Numbered from the stretch's first letter, positions 7,134-14,698 are shown. The stretch is 14,698 bases of DNA from Candidatus Hydrothermarchaeales archaeon (GCA_036444275.1 JAZGAD010000020.1:1-14698), one strand, 5' to 3'. Program-made: numbers and translations. The notes: generated by a model not told the origin, from the letters alone.

Positions 7134-7153
7134 ATCTTATGGTTACATAAGAT
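7134..7153. repeat. Perfect inverted repeat ATCTTATG-GTTA-CATAAGAT, a candidate transcription-factor site
   Basis: 8-bp arms with a 4-nt spacer in the divergent intergenic region. Confidence 0.6.
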
Positions 7154-7227
7154 AAAACGACTTTAGTTTTTGTCATATCCCTATTGACACTGTTTCCATC
7201 GAGAGCTTCTCTTTGTCCCTCTTCAAA

Positions 7228-7281
7228 TTCATCATCTTACATCATATTTGCTATTACAGGCAATAAAGTGTAAGACATGAA
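7228..7281. other. Long imperfect stem-loop
   Basis: Nested complementary blocks TTCAT/ATGAA, TCTTACA/TGTAAGA and TTGC/GCAA around an 8-nt loop. Confidence 0.4.
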
Positions 7282-7349
7282 GGGAGATATAACACCAAAA
7301 GTTCTAGCTGTTTACAACTGCAAAATTAACAACGCCTGTCTGCGATAAA

Positions 7350-7357
7350 TTTTATAA
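7350..7357 (+). promoter_or_regulatory. TATA box of the 7381-8090 gene pair
   Basis: TTTTATAA preceded by CGATAAA and 23 nt upstream of the ATG at 7381. Confidence 0.6.
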
Positions 7358-7380
7358 TCCATCCGACCAGAAGTAGGTCT

Positions 7381-7809
7381 ATGAAGTGCGCCTGCGGCAG
7401 AGAGTATACAGTCTACGACCTTTTTCCAAGGAGCTACAGGCTCTACGTATACTTCTGCAGCGATTGCATGAGCGGCTTCCTGGCACATCATTTCGATTTG
7501 AATCTCGAGATTTATAATCTAGGCGAGGTGGGTGCAAAGAGATTTGATGGCATCCTATTCATCACGGGATTGAAACTTGACCCCCGCGTCTTCGAATTCG
7601 GGATCGAAGGCAATGAAAAAGAAGCAGTGGTAGTAGTCGATGACAAGAATGCCCTAGGCGAACTGGCCGAGGATGGAAATGGAAAGTATGTGTTCGCACC
7701 GTATTCCGAGAAGACCGAAAAAAGATTGAAGGAGCTTTTGAATAAAGCTAAGATAGAAGAGGAGAGCCTAGTGGATGGCGTAGTAGCTGCCTGGAGGAAA
7801 GCGAGATGA
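7381..7809 (+). CDS. Hypothetical protein with an N-terminal Zn-ribbon (CxC-x20-CxxC)
   Basis: MKCACG...FCSDC; protein-like composition, upstream TATA box, ATGA coupling to the next ORF. Confidence 0.75.
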   Translation: MKCACGREYTVYDLFPRSYRLYVYFCSDCMSGFLAHHFDLNLEIYNLGEVGAKRFDGILFITGLKLDPRVFEFGIEGNEKEAVVVVDDKNALGELAEDGNGKYVFAPYSEKTEKRLKELLNKAKIEEESLVDGVVAAWRKAR

Positions 7810-8090
7810 GCATAATAGAGGAGATAGAAGGCTATGTGAAAAGAGAGATAGCGAAGTTGAGCCAATCGCAGCTGGCTACGTTAAAGGCTCTGTTGTTCTC
7901 AGGCTATAAGGGAGAGAGGGACTACGTCCTGAAGGAGCTTTTGAAAAACATGGGTCGTGAGGGGATATCGCCCAGCGCGCTGACTGAGAGCTTCACATCG
8001 TCCTTCGAGGGAGATGTGGAGGAGGCGAGGTATTACAGGATTAAGCCCGAGTTTTACAGGGCGGTGCGGAAAGAGCTATTAGAACGTTGA
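7806..8090 (+). CDS. Hypothetical protein, possibly winged-helix-like
   Basis: 94 aa, translationally coupled; LSQSQLATLKALL...YYRIKPEF pattern is reminiscent of wHTH proteins (weak). Confidence 0.7.
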   Translation: MSIIEEIEGYVKREIAKLSQSQLATLKALLFSGYKGERDYVLKELLKNMGREGISPSALTESFTSSFEGDVEEARYYRIKPEFYRAVRKELLER

Positions 8091-8095
8091 GCTAG

Positions 8096-11000
8096 CTATG
8101 GGAAGTTTCTGATGTCTTCTGCGTGCACCGACGTCACGTTCTCCAGTGCTCGTAGGACTGCGCCGGGTACATCAACATCTAGCGAGAGGGTTACCGACCC
8201 GACTATGGCTGCATCTACCCATCTGCTTTCACCGGCTTCCATAGTGCCCTCCCACAGGTTCTTGGACCAGATGTTTTCTCTTCTGAAGAACCCACAACTC
8301 TTGCCCTTGTGACTCGACGTTAGAGTTACGTCGACGCGTCTGTTACCAAAGTTACTCATGAGTATTTTATTCTGTTCAATCTTGGAGATACGGACATCCA
8401 TGTCCAGTTCGGGGTCTATAAGCGGTATGCTAGCGTGGTCCTCACCGGAGACGCGATCCTTGATTTCTTCCTCCACAGCTCGCTCAGGGAATATGTAAGC
8501 ATCGGCATTTAACAGGGACCAGCCATATGATTTCAATAGAGACAGAGCTGATTCCTTTACTTCTATGTCCACTGGTGTTTCCCTATCTAGAGAGATCTCG
8601 GCATACGAATTCGATTTGGGATAGACCTGATTGCTCCTACCAGCGGCAGTTTCGTATATCCTTACGAGTGCTTTCATCTCGCCGTCGTAGTGATCCTGCC
8701 TTACCCTTGCAAATACTGGGAATTCACTTGCATAGGGCTTTGAGAACTCCACGTCTATACTTAGTAGAGTCTTCCCCGAATCTGGCGGTTCTTCCCAAGA
8801 ACCGAAGTTGGTAACAAAGGGCCCCAGAGCGATAACGATTACCGGCGGGAGTCTTTGTGATTTGAGCCCCTTGGATATTGCGTGATTAGCATACTCGTCC
8901 TCGTAGTCTCCAGCTGTAAATTCGTATTTGTACATCACCGGCTTATGCAGGTATACCGGAGCTGGAAGACGTTCATCTCCAATGCTCATCTCAGCTAGAG
9001 GTGCTATATTCCCCTGGTTCTCATAATCTATTACCCTAAGGATGGATTTCTCCCCAGTTTCCCCCGGATCTGTTGCGTTATTTCCCACCTGACTCCTCAC
9101 TATGTCGAATCCCCAACTGTAGATGTGGATAGGGGTGAAGGGTAGGGGGATGGAATATCCCTTGCCACCCTGTGGATTAGACCCTGGCGGAAGCTCGAAT
9201 TCAACATCGCCCAGTAAGGGTACTGTGAATTTGAGGGTCAGAGGGTGATTATCAACCCTTAACCGGATATCATGGAGGATAGAGAAGCCCTGATTATCTC
9301 TGCCGAAAGGTGGAGGTGGAAGGGTTGTATATAAGTGCTCCATTAGGTTGGGGAATGCAACGGATTCCCTCTCCAAGAGGACTAAGGCGCCCTCGATGTC
9401 TCCAGCATAGTTCAATAGTGCTGAGAGCATATCTAGTAGCTCCGTTAAAAAATCAAAGAAGCCGTCTCCACGCATCTTCTCCAAGATTTCCCTTGCTTTA
9501 CTGTACTCCATCTCCACTCCAGAGGGATGGAATGAACCGTATATACCCGAGATAGTGGCATGAATGTAGGCGTAGCCATAGTCAGCGAACTCTTCTCCGA
9601 TGGCATCGCCGACTTCGTAGGATAGAGCCGGTACTATTTCTTCGGACTTGCTCTTTAAATTCAAATTTACCTCGAATTCGCTCGTATACCCTTCTCCGGG
9701 GAGCTCACTTTCATGATGATTATAATAAAAACTTGCTATCCCGGTTCCAGATGCAAAGCCATGTATCTCTGGTATTTTATCCATAGTTTTATCGTAGCTA
9801 TGCTCTTTGAACCAGCGGGTAATAGAGGAATCCATAGAATAGATTCCATTTAGAACTCCAGGTAGCTTCTCTAGTGCTTTACTCATGTGTTCTGTATACT
9901 CATCTCTATAGTAGCTCTTACAGGTGCACCGGTACTCCTTCCAATACGTGGTGCAGGTTCTAGGCTCTTTCTCGGTTCCACATGAGTAAGTCTCGCTCTC
10001 CGTACGGCTTTCCTCACATCCAGATGTTGGCCTGCTGTGAGAAGTGCCCCAGTAGTCTCTGCAACTGTAGTAGTAGTTCCTATACCCCCCAGCTTCAGAA
10101 AGAGCTTTCTTAGCAGCCCTCAGTTTATTCATAGTTTCTTCGTATTCTTCGTCCAAGGCGCCGTCTCTATCGTCATATTTCAACTCCAAGAGCATCTCCT
10201 GGAGTGTCGCAATTTCTTCTATGAACCCTTCTGCACCCTTCTCCTTTAGGGGAAGTATCTCTCTCATCCCTTTCAGCCCCTGGTTTCCATCATCGCCTCC
10301 ATACCATAGTTGTCCTGCAAGGATGCTCTCGCATTTCCCATCATCTAGAGTAGTCCTCATATGTATCAATGCGTCTTTGACCTGTTGCATTCTCACTCCT
10401 GCAGCCTTAGAAGATTCCAAGGCGCTTCTTACCGCCCCTCTGAACTCGCTATACTCCGCCTCCACCATCTCCCCATCAGCCTCTATTGTTCCTAACCATG
10501 CGCTGTCATAGCGGCCTGGATTATATTCTGCTTCCTCAACAGCAACTAGAGTTTCCTCTACATCAGACGCAGCCTCTCGAAGTAAGGCTATGTCATGAGC
10601 TATGCGCAGTTGTTGAACAGCGCCTTGAGTTGGTATTTCATTAGCTGGTGGGAAATAGTCAAATGGAACGTTTCTCTGGCTAACCAGAGAGGAGTCGAGA
10701 TAGGCTATAGAGTGGAGAATTGCGTGATTAGTCTTTTGTGAGCTGGAATAGAGTTTCTCAATCATCTGCCCGGATTCCATCATGCCCAAAGCCTGGTCCA
10801 CATAACCAGATTCTATCCCCAGCCTAAGTAGACTCAAGAATTCCTTGCCCCTATTTTCTTGTCCAATCCATGGGCGGAGGACTTCTTTTAAGGTATGGAG
10901 GTAGTCAAAGGTCCCGAAGTGTTGCATCTCTTTGTAGGCGATGATCATATGAGCCAGAGAATAGGTTGCCCTTTCATCGGTAGCAAAACGTATCTCGTGC

Positions 11001-11779
11001 CTCAAGTTGGCCTCAAGCAGTCCCACGACCTCTTCGGCAGCCCAAATATACCATGCGAATTCATCCACTGTATCTCTAGTACTAGAGAAGTCCCACACGT
11101 CTGGAGCATTCCTCTTGAATATTCCAGTGAAATTATAGACCTTGTCAGCCATAGTGAAGGGTCTCACATCAATTGCTACTTCACTGCCAGCCTTCATCGA
11201 CATAGTGTGTCCCGTAAACCTATTCTTCGAGCTTATGATCCCATGTTCACTGAACCCAAATTTCACCGTCAACTCCTTCTGCGCCATGGTAAATTCATCT
11301 GGGACAACCTCCACTTCGAAATTATCAGTCTCTCCTCCACCTATAAAATTGGAGAAATCAAAATCAGTACTATGGCTCCTATAGCGCTTCTCTAATATTG
11401 TAGCATCATCGTGAGCATAGAATTCTAGTATCCTTAAGCCGATTTCTCTCTCCAAGTTATCTCGTAAAGTCTCCTTCCAGATAGAGTATCCATCGCCACT
11501 GTGCCATTGATCCACGTCTATTGGATTCTCATAGGTTGCAATTGAGCTATTCATAATGACCTTCTCTGCTGTTTCCCTCACCGCCTGCTGTACATCCAGT
11601 ACCACTTGAGCGGTGCCGTAAAAGGTATCCATATCCGCGGTCCTCAGGTTCCGTTGCCTAGCCCTTGCAAGGTCCATGTCAGAGAAGTGGTATATCGCTA
11701 CTCCAGCTAAGAGGAGCATGGCCATAGCCAGAGCCGAAAAGGGCACAGCACCTTCTTGTTCACTAATGAAATTAGACAT
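8096..11779 (-). CDS. Giant pilin-like surface protein / putative pilus-tip adhesin (1227 aa)
   Basis: N-terminus MSNFISEQEG|AVPFSALAMAMLLLAGVAIY is a class III-like leader plus hydrophobic helix; long amphipathic helical region, 6-Cys insert, beta-rich C-terminus; N-glycosylation sequons NSS, NFT, NAT, NVT; GGAGG SD. Confidence 0.75.
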   Translation of the reverse strand: MSNFISEQEGAVPFSALAMAMLLLAGVAIYHFSDMDLARARQRNLRTADMDTFYGTAQVVLDVQQAVRETAEKVIMNSSIATYENPIDVDQWHSGDGYSIWKETLRDNLEREIGLRILEFYAHDDATILEKRYRSHSTDFDFSNFIGGGETDNFEVEVVPDEFTMAQKELTVKFGFSEHGIISSKNRFTGHTMSMKAGSEVAIDVRPFTMADKVYNFTGIFKRNAPDVWDFSSTRDTVDEFAWYIWAAEEVVGLLEANLRHEIRFATDERATYSLAHMIIAYKEMQHFGTFDYLHTLKEVLRPWIGQENRGKEFLSLLRLGIESGYVDQALGMMESGQMIEKLYSSSQKTNHAILHSIAYLDSSLVSQRNVPFDYFPPANEIPTQGAVQQLRIAHDIALLREAASDVEETLVAVEEAEYNPGRYDSAWLGTIEADGEMVEAEYSEFRGAVRSALESSKAAGVRMQQVKDALIHMRTTLDDGKCESILAGQLWYGGDDGNQGLKGMREILPLKEKGAEGFIEEIATLQEMLLELKYDDRDGALDEEYEETMNKLRAAKKALSEAGGYRNYYYSCRDYWGTSHSRPTSGCEESRTESETYSCGTEKEPRTCTTYWKEYRCTCKSYYRDEYTEHMSKALEKLPGVLNGIYSMDSSITRWFKEHSYDKTMDKIPEIHGFASGTGIASFYYNHHESELPGEGYTSEFEVNLNLKSKSEEIVPALSYEVGDAIGEEFADYGYAYIHATISGIYGSFHPSGVEMEYSKAREILEKMRGDGFFDFLTELLDMLSALLNYAGDIEGALVLLERESVAFPNLMEHLYTTLPPPPFGRDNQGFSILHDIRLRVDNHPLTLKFTVPLLGDVEFELPPGSNPQGGKGYSIPLPFTPIHIYSWGFDIVRSQVGNNATDPGETGEKSILRVIDYENQGNIAPLAEMSIGDERLPAPVYLHKPVMYKYEFTAGDYEDEYANHAISKGLKSQRLPPVIVIALGPFVTNFGSWEEPPDSGKTLLSIDVEFSKPYASEFPVFARVRQDHYDGEMKALVRIYETAAGRSNQVYPKSNSYAEISLDRETPVDIEVKESALSLLKSYGWSLLNADAYIFPERAVEEEIKDRVSGEDHASIPLIDPELDMDVRISKIEQNKILMSNFGNRRVDVTLTSSHKGKSCGFFRRENIWSKNLWEGTMEAGESRWVDAAIVGSVTLSLDVDVPGAVLRALENVTSVHAEDIRNFP

Positions 11780-11782
11780 CTC

Positions 11783-12655
11783 TTAGCCTCCTACGTTAGG
11801 CCAGAGACTGAGAGTTATCTCGGCTCGATCATTTACAGGTGAATTCGCTTCCGGGAGTTGAAGCGAAGCAAACACCTTGCTGAGTCTCTTCCTTTTAGCA
11901 GCTTCAGGAGCCGGGATAATAGAGCTTATCTCTCCAAAGTTCTCGAAGAATCTTTCAGCGGTAATTCCTATCTTCGAAAGAGCCCTTTCATCAGCCGGTA
12001 CTGCTATTTGAAACTTGACGACGTACACTGAAGAATCAGGTATATCAGGGGAGCCGTAGCTCACTTGACTATATAGTACATCCTTTATTTTAGAATTCTC
12101 AAATGGATGCCAGCTAGCTTCTAATCGATACTCAAAGGTACCCCCAGAGAGGAAGTCGAATGTGTCCTTGAGAGTCTCCGCTACGCTGCGATGGTAACAG
12201 CCTGTCATAAGCTTACTTAGGGGATATTCCTCACCGTTAACGTGGATACCCAAGCTCAGGAATACATCATCGGCGATCATATCGATGGGACTGCCCCTCA
12301 CCTCCCTGTTTAAAGGGCTGGATCCAAGAGGAGAGCTCTCTATTACCTTGGAGAGCAGATACATGACTTCTTTCCCCTCGCTGCTAGTACAGGTCGACGC
12401 TGGACCTATGATGTATTGAGCAGATGGCGATCCCCTACCACCTGAGATGTACCTAGCGGTCAGAGCAAAGCTATTGGCAAATTCCACAGCATACCTAGTC
12501 TGTACGGCCCTCATGTGTAGATCAGCGTGATATGCCCCTAGGCCATAGGTGACGATCATGCCAGAGGATATGGAGATCAAAAGAGCAAAGATCAGCAGAT
12601 CCAGAGATGCGGCCTGCCCTCTATCCTCTCCTAAGAACCCTTCTACCAAACCCAC
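11783..12655 (-). CDS. Minor pilin-like protein with class III signal peptide
   Basis: FLGEDRG|QAASLDLLIFALLISISSG; ends AEITLSLWP. The TTG at 12649, 5 nt after GGAGGTG, may be the true start. Confidence 0.78.
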   Translation of the reverse strand: MGLVEGFLGEDRGQAASLDLLIFALLISISSGMIVTYGLGAYHADLHMRAVQTRYAVEFANSFALTARYISGGRGSPSAQYIIGPASTCTSSEGKEVMYLLSKVIESSPLGSSPLNREVRGSPIDMIADDVFLSLGIHVNGEEYPLSKLMTGCYHRSVAETLKDTFDFLSGGTFEYRLEASWHPFENSKIKDVLYSQVSYGSPDIPDSSVYVVKFQIAVPADERALSKIGITAERFFENFGEISSIIPAPEAAKRKRLSKVFASLQLPEANSPVNDRAEITLSLWPNVGG

Positions 12656-13170
12656 ACCTCCATCCTCGCTGGCACGACTTCCTTATTCTCAGTCTTATAG
12701 GCAATGACGGTAAATACCACGCTCACCTCCCTGCCTTTGAGGACTTCCTTAGCCTGCGCTTGGGGATTAGCTGGGTCCTCCGCTTCCTTGTTCAGAGAGC
12801 CGAATTCATAGAGGAGTGCTCCTTCGGTCCCTCTGATTACCACCTCCCAATTATAGGGCTTATTCCAGTACCGATTCAGGTATATGAAATTTCCCTTCTG
12901 CAGGAGGGTTTCTCTATCTATTAGTCCGGGGTTCGGCGCTCCATTGACTCGGACGCAGAGTATGCTATTCTTCAAGGTGCTAGCGAAGTCTAGGCCGGCA
13001 GAGAACCGTTCTATCGGGTCCTTTCTCGCATCATATTCTCTATAGGAATATGCGATGGTAGCTGAGAAGATGAGTATGAGAATTACCACTATAATAAGCT
13101 CAAAGAGTTCCTCAAAGGGCCCTATTTGTCCAGACTCCTCCTCAAGGAAGCTCACTTTACTCAGCTCCAA
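12643..13170 (-). CDS. Minor pilin-like protein with class III-like signal peptide
   Basis: FLEEESG|QIGPFEELFELIIVVILILIFSA; C-terminal PARMEVWVW strand. Alternative GTG start at 13155. Confidence 0.75.
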   Translation of the reverse strand: MELSKVSFLEEESGQIGPFEELFELIIVVILILIFSATIAYSYREYDARKDPIERFSAGLDFASTLKNSILCVRVNGAPNPGLIDRETLLQKGNFIYLNRYWNKPYNWEVVIRGTEGALLYEFGSLNKEAEDPANPQAQAKEVLKGREVSVVFTVIAYKTENKEVVPARMEVWVW

Positions 13171-13648
13171 ACGCCTCTATTCTTAGCGTACGGTTCTCAC
13201 TACCAATTCTCGCTATTCTCAGCCCCTTTATCTGCCCAATGACGATGTAGCCTTTCACGTTCTCTGAATCTTCTATTTCGAAGCCCTGGAGAAGCATGCC
13301 CCCTTCGACGGCTGATACCGGTAGAAAGGCGATGCCCAGTACCTTGTCTTGGTATCTCCCAAGCACCTCAATCCTAACTTGGAATTGCGAACTGTCTATG
13401 CTTAGCTTGTAGGGTGCCCCGTGAATATCCTCTGGCACTGGAACCTCTGTAGTATATCCATTGTAGGAATATTCTGGTGCAACGTTAGCGACCATGGCAA
13501 TCTGGTCTGCTAGCTCTACTGCTACCATATGGGCTTCTCTATTAGCGGCATAGAGGTCGTATCCCTCGTAAGCAGACCATACAACTCCCCAAAGGAGGAG
13601 GAATGCCAACATCATACCGGCTCTAGGCAGGACCCAATCCATCAGCAT
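13157..13648 (-). CDS. Minor pilin-like protein without an evident cleavable leader
   Basis: MLMDWVLPRAGMMLAFLLLWGVVW TM helix, amphipathic alpha1 continuation (EAHMVAVELADQIAMV) and VPEDIHGAPYKLSI beta motif typical of archaeal pilin-like proteins. Confidence 0.7.
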   Translation of the reverse strand: MLMDWVLPRAGMMLAFLLLWGVVWSAYEGYDLYAANREAHMVAVELADQIAMVANVAPEYSYNGYTTEVPVPEDIHGAPYKLSIDSSQFQVRIEVLGRYQDKVLGIAFLPVSAVEGGMLLQGFEIEDSENVKGYIVIGQIKGLRIARIGSENRTLRIEAFGAE

Positions 13649-13652
13649 CTTT

Positions 13653-14111
13653 TCACTCTATTTGGATGTAATCAAACTTTTCTCTGTCTATCTCAACACT
13701 TCGATGAGTCATCGTCATCCAATAGGCCCCTTCGTGGTATACGATCTCTCTTTCCAGAAAGTCACTGTATGCAGATGGCGCTTCTGGAAAATCCCATAGG
13801 GCTAGAGGAAGTACCTTTAAGACATTTCCACCACGCGTGAGATCTACCTTGGCGACTCCTCTGATATCCCCGCTGAAGTTTTCATTCCTTAATGCGAGTT
13901 TAGAATGCCCTTTTAGAACAAGTTCCAAAGTCTCTCTAGACCCTGAGGCACCCATGCCCACTATCTGGGCCTTCAACAGGAGCGATTCCACCGCCTTATT
14001 AGCAGCTATTTTCTCCTGCACTACTAAGTGGGCGTCTAAGGCGCTATATCCTGTGGCGGCTGTAGCTGCTAGGAGTATCACCACTAGGAGCATCCTTATA
14101 GGCAGGTCCAT
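13653..14111 (-). CDS. Pilin-like protein without an evident cleavable leader
   Basis: MDLPIRMLLVVILLAATAATG resembles the mature N-terminus of the upstream pilin (QMGEPIRLVIAVVV); helix followed by GSRETLELVL strand. Confidence 0.72.
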   Translation of the reverse strand: MDLPIRMLLVVILLAATAATGYSALDAHLVVQEKIAANKAVESLLLKAQIVGMGASGSRETLELVLKGHSKLALRNENFSGDIRGVAKVDLTRGGNVLKVLPLALWDFPEAPSAYSDFLEREIVYHEGAYWMTMTHRSVEIDREKFDYIQIE

Positions 14112-14123
14112 AGGCGAGAGCCT

Positions 14124-14591
14124 TCACTTGCAGAGGAAGGTCATATCCTTCCTGAGGTACCCATCGGACTTCACGGTTATCGTGACTTCAGCATACTTCT
14201 GGTGTTGGGCATTGAACCTCTGATCTGATCCTGAGAAATACGCGATGCCATCCTCGGCGTTAGTGATCCCAGCGTCGTTAACCCCACATCCCTTTATCTC
14301 TACTAGGGCTCCCTGTATAGCTCTGCCAGTGTCCTGGTCTCTAACCTTGACCTTAACATTCTTTAGAGCGTAGTTTACCTTAAAGAACTTATTATTATCA
14401 ACTATCCCAGAGCCACTGACTGTTACAACTAGGTACTTTGCACCAATAATTCCAACTATAGCTAGAAGTTTCATCATTATGGCGAGGACACCAACACCCA
14501 CGACGACTGCGATAACGAGTCGTATTGGTTCGCCCATCTGCCCTTTTTCGTCTATCAAAAAGTTTTTGAATATTCTTTTGATCTTCCCCAC
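14124..14591 (-). CDS. Pilin-like protein with canonical class III signal peptide and a carboxypeptidase-regulatory/prealbumin-like beta domain; candidate major pilin
   Basis: KRIFKNFLIDEKG|QMGEPIRLVIAVVVGVGVLAIMM; VKVRDQDTGRAIQGALVEIKG...GITNAEDG...ITVKSDGY. Exact start uncertain. Confidence 0.8.
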   Translation of the reverse strand: MGKIKRIFKNFLIDEKGQMGEPIRLVIAVVVGVGVLAIMMKLLAIVGIIGAKYLVVTVSGSGIVDNNKFFKVNYALKNVKVKVRDQDTGRAIQGALVEIKGCGVNDAGITNAEDGIAYFSGSDQRFNAQHQKYAEVTITVKSDGYLRKDMTFLCK

Positions 14592-14632
14592 CTCCTTATC
14601 ATGAATTATGACGTCAATTCAATAGAAATCGC

Positions 14633-14640
14633 TATTTAAA
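14633..14640 (-). promoter_or_regulatory. TATA box of the pilin-like operon
   Basis: TTTAAATA on the minus strand, in the same ATTTAAATAGC context as the secG promoter, upstream of a GGAGGTG SD. Confidence 0.55.
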
Positions 14641-14698
14641 TATGTCTAAATCTGGAAAAAATTATCTATGCATTAATCAAGAAAATTGGTCTTTTTTA

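Noticed and set aside
6863-7380. Possible CRISPR array, tRNA or SRP RNA in the long intergenic gap
   Set aside because: No regularly spaced repeats, cloverleaf or GC-rich structured RNA visible.
4275-7380. Mobile element carrying the TA modules
   Set aside because: No transposase or integrase, terminal inverted repeats or flanking target-site duplications found by eye.
8112-14223. Plus-strand ORFs opposite the pilin operon
   Set aside because: Antisense shadows of the well-supported minus-strand genes.
1617-14591. Functional 'surface biogenesis' supercluster linking srp19, secG and uppS with the pilin operon
   Set aside because: Separate transcription units with unrelated genes between them; proximity is probably coincidental without synteny evidence.

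Overview
Archaeal (euryarchaeote-like) chromosomal window, judged from SRP19, Sec61-beta, an archaeal-type cis-prenyltransferase, TATA boxes and class III signal peptides. The left part is mostly housekeeping: a GH57 amylase-family gene, a secG(Sec61beta)-hemD-srp19 operon (secG is a 55-aa ORF missing from the supplied ORF track), an HTH protein and uppS. The middle part is accessory: a single-domain CDC48-like AAA+ protein with degenerate Walker B, pore-loop and sensor-1 motifs and a C-terminal CxxC, flanked by two PIN-type toxin-antitoxin modules. It is followed by an AT-rich ~520-bp gap (palindrome, long hairpin, small or decayed membrane ORF) and a Zn-ribbon plus small helical protein pair. 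The right ~6.5 kb is a six-gene minus-strand operon in which every product has a type IV pilin-like N-terminus. It ends in a 1227-aa pilin/adhesin with a 6-Cys knob between long helical segments, and no PilB/PilC or prepilin peptidase gene is present in the window. All family assignments come from motif recognition by eye, not from database searches.
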